In this document: piece by piece, positions 34,501-37,735 of the stretch
Layout: each line of letters begins with the position of its first letter
How positions within the stretch are numbered: position 1 is the stretch's first letter
Virus record (IMG/VR): IMGVR_UViG_3300037484_001196
Coordinates: 1 to 37,735 of that record
Direction: 5' to 3' (one strand)
DNA: 37,735 nucleotides
Source: a virus
Taxonomy: Duplodnaviria; Caudoviricetes
Notes under the pieces: generated by a model
Databases searched by the model: none
The model's input: the letters and a program-made list of their open reading frames with translations, nothing else
What the model was told of the DNA's origin: nothing
Position numbers and translations under genes: made by a program

Positions 34501-35397
34501 ATGGCGATGAGAAAGAAATTACGGGCGATCTGGGATAACCGGTTCTTCGACGCCGCCACCCTGATGCCCTCCTCCGAGGTGGCGACCTTGCCGGCCCGGA
34601 ACCTGCAAGACCCCGTGCGCCAACGGCCCTGGCGGACCGCCGGCCTGGTGGATCAATATCTGATTGCTGACTTGGGCACTCCCAGCAACCCAGAGGACGT
34701 GCGGCCGGCGGTCAACGCCCTGGTGCTCATCAATCATAATCTGACCCGCCACGCCACGGTGACCATCGAGGCGGCCCCAACCAATGATTTCAGCGCCCCG
34801 CTGCTCTCCGAGCCTCATGACGCCTGGGCCGACATTATCGGAGCCGGCGAGGGCGGCGCCGGCGGGCCGCCGGGCGCCGGCGGGGTGATCTTTGATTGCC
34901 ACCGCGCCTGGTACGCCCCCAACCCCCTGCGCATCATTTATCTCAATAGCGATCCGCTGGAGGCCAAGGGCTTTTGGAAACTGGCCTTTAACGACCCCGG
35001 CAATCCCGATGGCTATCTCCAGGTGGGCCGCATTTTTCTCACCTATTTTGATGAGTACAAATATGACTGGGCCTACCCCTTCGGCCTGGGGGGCGCCGAC
35101 GACAGCGTGGTCACCCGTAATCCTGGCGGCACACCCTGGACGGATAAATGGGCCTTCCGGCGCACCCTGAATCTGGTCTGGAATGAGCGCTTCAGCGATG
35201 AGGACAAATACTGGCGGTTTTATTTCATGCTCATGAAAATGGGCACGAGCTGTGATTGGGTCATTGACCCGATCCCCGATGGCGTCTCGGCCCGGCACTT
35301 TACCTCGCTCTATGGCCGGCTGGAGGATATCCCGGATCTGAGCCAGTGGGGCCGAGGTTTTTCGGATTTGGAGCTGACGTTTATCGAGTCATTATAA
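34501..35397 (+). CDS. Tail protein (distal-tail-like)
   Basis: LPARNLQDP...WRT, LINHNL, DPGNPDGYLQVGRIF, terminal FIESL. Confidence 0.7.
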   Translation: MAMRKKLRAIWDNRFFDAATLMPSSEVATLPARNLQDPVRQRPWRTAGLVDQYLIADLGTPSNPEDVRPAVNALVLINHNLTRHATVTIEAAPTNDFSAPLLSEPHDAWADIIGAGEGGAGGPPGAGGVIFDCHRAWYAPNPLRIIYLNSDPLEAKGFWKLAFNDPGNPDGYLQVGRIFLTYFDEYKYDWAYPFGLGGADDSVVTRNPGGTPWTDKWAFRRTLNLVWNERFSDEDKYWRFYFMLMKMGTSCDWVIDPIPDGVSARHFTSLYGRLEDIPDLSQWGRGFSDLELTFIESL

Positions 35398-35407
35398 GGA
35401 GTCTGGT

Positions 35408-37717
35408 ATGCCCAAATTAACCAAGCGTCTCATCATCCTGGTTTTAACCCTCAGCCTCGCCCTGGGCAGCATGACGGCCTTTGGGGTAGTTTATGACGCC
35501 TATAAACTCGCCTTAGGAGAGCCTCGCTGGCAGACCAAATATAATAATTTTGTCGATGCGACGGCCTCCCTCGGCAATCTAATCGTCAACTGGGTGGGCA
35601 CGGTTGACAGCCTGACGCTCATCTCAACGGCGCCAACGTATAGCGATGCCAGCACCTTTACCCTGGCCGGGAATTTCTCCGCCCTCCTGACCCCGGGCAA
35701 GCGCCTGGTGGCCGACTGTAAAGCCGACGGGCTGTTGCCCAACACAGTGGTCTCCTGTACCTACGCCGCCCCCAACTCCACCGTGGTGGTGACCACCGCC
35801 AACCTGACGGCCAACCTGGCGGCCGTGTCCTATTACGCCACTCGCAACGGGGTTAATACCTATGGCTCCGGCGACATAGTCGCCAGTGAGTTCGGAGCGC
35901 CCTCCTGGGGCACTTTTCAGGCTGTGGTGGCATTGGCCAACAGTACGGGGCGCCGCGCGCTGTTCACTCCCGGGACCTGGCCGGTAACTGATAATTTGAC
36001 CATTACCGCCCCGTGGCACCCGGTCCCTGGAGCCATCTTAGAGGTTGCCACCACGAAAACGCTGGCTTTGAACGGGCCCGGCCCTGCGGACACTGGCCTC
36101 TACCGATTTATCTCCCTCATCGGAACCGGCAAGGTGACGTTTGGAGCCGGGGCGGTATCACGATTGCACCCTGAATGGTGGGGAACTGACTATGCCGCCC
36201 TGCAAGCGGCGGCGACTGCGGCGGCCGCCAAAACCCTGGCGATCACTGCTGACTATACTATTACGTCTGCCCTGACCATCCCTGCCGACACTACGGTTGA
36301 GGCCACAGTTCCGCTTCCTTCGATTTCCACTTCCAGCAATATCCTGGTGGGTTCCGGGGTTAAATTGCATGGCCTGGCACTAACGTTCACCGGGGCGGCG
36401 ACTTCGGGGGTATATGGAACTTCCCTTACCAGCTTGGAAATCGAGAAATGCGTCCTGGTGGGCACCGTGGCGCAACAGATGATGGTTCGGGTTGAAAGCA
36501 GTTCGAATGTCCGAATCTTGAACAATGACCTGTCAGGCGGGGCTGACCTGCTTTATATCTACAAAACCAGCAAGGTCAATATCGAAGGCAATTTCCTGCA
36601 TGATAACACTGACGCCGGGTCGTATGAAAACGGTATCCATTTGGTTACCGATGTCTCGACTGCGATGTCGGGTGTAGTGATTAAGGGCAATCAATTAAAA
36701 GACCTGGCCCGGCATGGAATAACCATGTGGTCTGGTGACTGCGCGGTCTACGATAATGCCGATCAGGACGGGAAAAGGCAGTTAACCAATGTCACTATTG
36801 TGGGGAATACGCTGGATACCTGCGCCGGGGCGGGCATTTGGGGTTCGTTGCTTGAAGGGATCACCGTTACCGGCAATACCCTGAGAAATATAACCGCAGA
36901 AGGAATAGATTTCGAGGGCTCTCGTAATTGTGTAGCTCATGGAAATACGCTATATAATGCCGGTCCTAATTATGGATCATTAACGACGTTTTTTGGTAGT
37001 CATGACATTGTGTTTTCTAACAATTCGGTAATGATGGAAAACGATGAATTCGCCATTGGTGGCTCTGGCGTCAACGCCAAAACGACTTCTTTCTTCGCCT
37101 ATATACGTGATGATTGCAGCCGGGTCAAATTAATAGGCAATTCTTTTAATAGCAAGACGGCTGGCAGCTTTTGCGGTGAAATAAATATCTTTAAGGGCTC
37201 AATAACTGCTACGGAAACGGCCGCCGGGACCAATCACCATACCAGGGCAGCCCTGGACGTGGTGATTGAAAACAACACGTTTACCAACGGCAATATCCGG
37301 GCAGTCGACCTGGTTGACAATCTGTTGGTTCAGGGGAATAAATTTGTCGACGAGGTTGATATCAGGAATAGCATTTATGGCTACGGCTGCACCGATATAT
37401 CGGTCATCAATAATGAAATTCGCTGTGTCCCTGGTAGTGCTTTGACCGGATCATGGCGATATTCTCCAATTCTAATATCTTCTGAGGGCGACGGTGCCCA
37501 GCGTGTAACCCGGGCCGTGATTGAGGGCAATCGTATTTATGGATACCCAACAATCGGAATATCTGTTCAAACCTATATTGGAGGTACTAATGGCAGCTAT
37601 GCCATCAGAAATAACAAAGTGGCAGCTATTTTCTATAACACCACTTCAGCTTATCGGTTGATGGAACTCAACCATGATCCTGATACTTATGCGGTCATAA
37701 CCCCGACCAGTTTTTAG
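35408..37717 (+). CDS. Tailspike-like right-handed parallel beta-helix protein
   Basis: PEWWG, repeated V.I.GN/I.NN motifs; AT-rich C-terminal half; signal-peptide-like N-terminus. Confidence 0.78.
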   Translation: MPKLTKRLIILVLTLSLALGSMTAFGVVYDAYKLALGEPRWQTKYNNFVDATASLGNLIVNWVGTVDSLTLISTAPTYSDASTFTLAGNFSALLTPGKRLVADCKADGLLPNTVVSCTYAAPNSTVVVTTANLTANLAAVSYYATRNGVNTYGSGDIVASEFGAPSWGTFQAVVALANSTGRRALFTPGTWPVTDNLTITAPWHPVPGAILEVATTKTLALNGPGPADTGLYRFISLIGTGKVTFGAGAVSRLHPEWWGTDYAALQAAATAAAAKTLAITADYTITSALTIPADTTVEATVPLPSISTSSNILVGSGVKLHGLALTFTGAATSGVYGTSLTSLEIEKCVLVGTVAQQMMVRVESSSNVRILNNDLSGGADLLYIYKTSKVNIEGNFLHDNTDAGSYENGIHLVTDVSTAMSGVVIKGNQLKDLARHGITMWSGDCAVYDNADQDGKRQLTNVTIVGNTLDTCAGAGIWGSLLEGITVTGNTLRNITAEGIDFEGSRNCVAHGNTLYNAGPNYGSLTTFFGSHDIVFSNNSVMMENDEFAIGGSGVNAKTTSFFAYIRDDCSRVKLIGNSFNSKTAGSFCGEINIFKGSITATETAAGTNHHTRAALDVVIENNTFTNGNIRAVDLVDNLLVQGNKFVDEVDIRNSIYGYGCTDISVINNEIRCVPGSALTGSWRYSPILISSEGDGAQRVTRAVIEGNRIYGYPTIGISVQTYIGGTNGSYAIRNNKVAAIFYNTTSAYRLMELNHDPDTYAVITPTSF

Positions 37718-37735
37718 GTAGGCGTCCTGGGGCCC

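Larger units (their letters stand above)
1..37735 (+). mobile_element. Mu-like transposable prophage with siphovirus-type tail (partial; ends not in window)
   Basis: Co-oriented MuA-like, MuB-like, Gam, GemA, terminase, portal, capsid, tail tube and tape measure genes; no tail sheath recognised. Confidence 0.93.

Noticed and set aside
35408-37735. DGR target or invertible tail-fibre cassette
   Set aside because: No reverse transcriptase, TR/VR pair, invertase or inverted sites are visible in the window; they could lie downstream.
1-37735. Mu-type ends (TG...CA with transposase sites), tRNA or rRNA genes
   Set aside because: None recognised; the window begins at the switch region and ends just after the tailspike.

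Overview
This GC-rich window is most of a transposable (Mu-like) prophage with a non-contractile tail, and all credible genes are on the + strand. It starts at a pair of overlapping divergent promoters. The early region holds HTH regulators, a MuA-like DDE transposase, a MuB-like ATPase, Gam, DUF5131, a RemA homolog, GemA, an amidase and an Xis-like HTH, and ends at a strong terminator. The late region runs through lysis candidates, terminases, a portal-MuF fusion, protease, capsid, head-accessory genes, neck, tail tube, a frameshifted chaperone, tape measure, tail tip and a beta-helix tailspike. Neither prophage end nor the repressor is in the window. Two features stand out. (1) The portal-MuF fusion appears to be a phage-encoded selenoprotein: the TGA at 18583 sits at the first Cys of the MuF HPNCxC motif, is followed by a bacterial SECIS-like hairpin, and read-through ends in an ATGA overlap with a YkgJ-type Cys-cluster gene. 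(2) The genome carries three families of small repeats: REP-like GTAG/GTGG hairpins, oriented 7-bp tandem arrays and a C/G-run hairpin. These sit at gene and module junctions, bracket AT-rich cargo genes and are often translated in frame. All family assignments come from motif recognition by eye; no database search was run.
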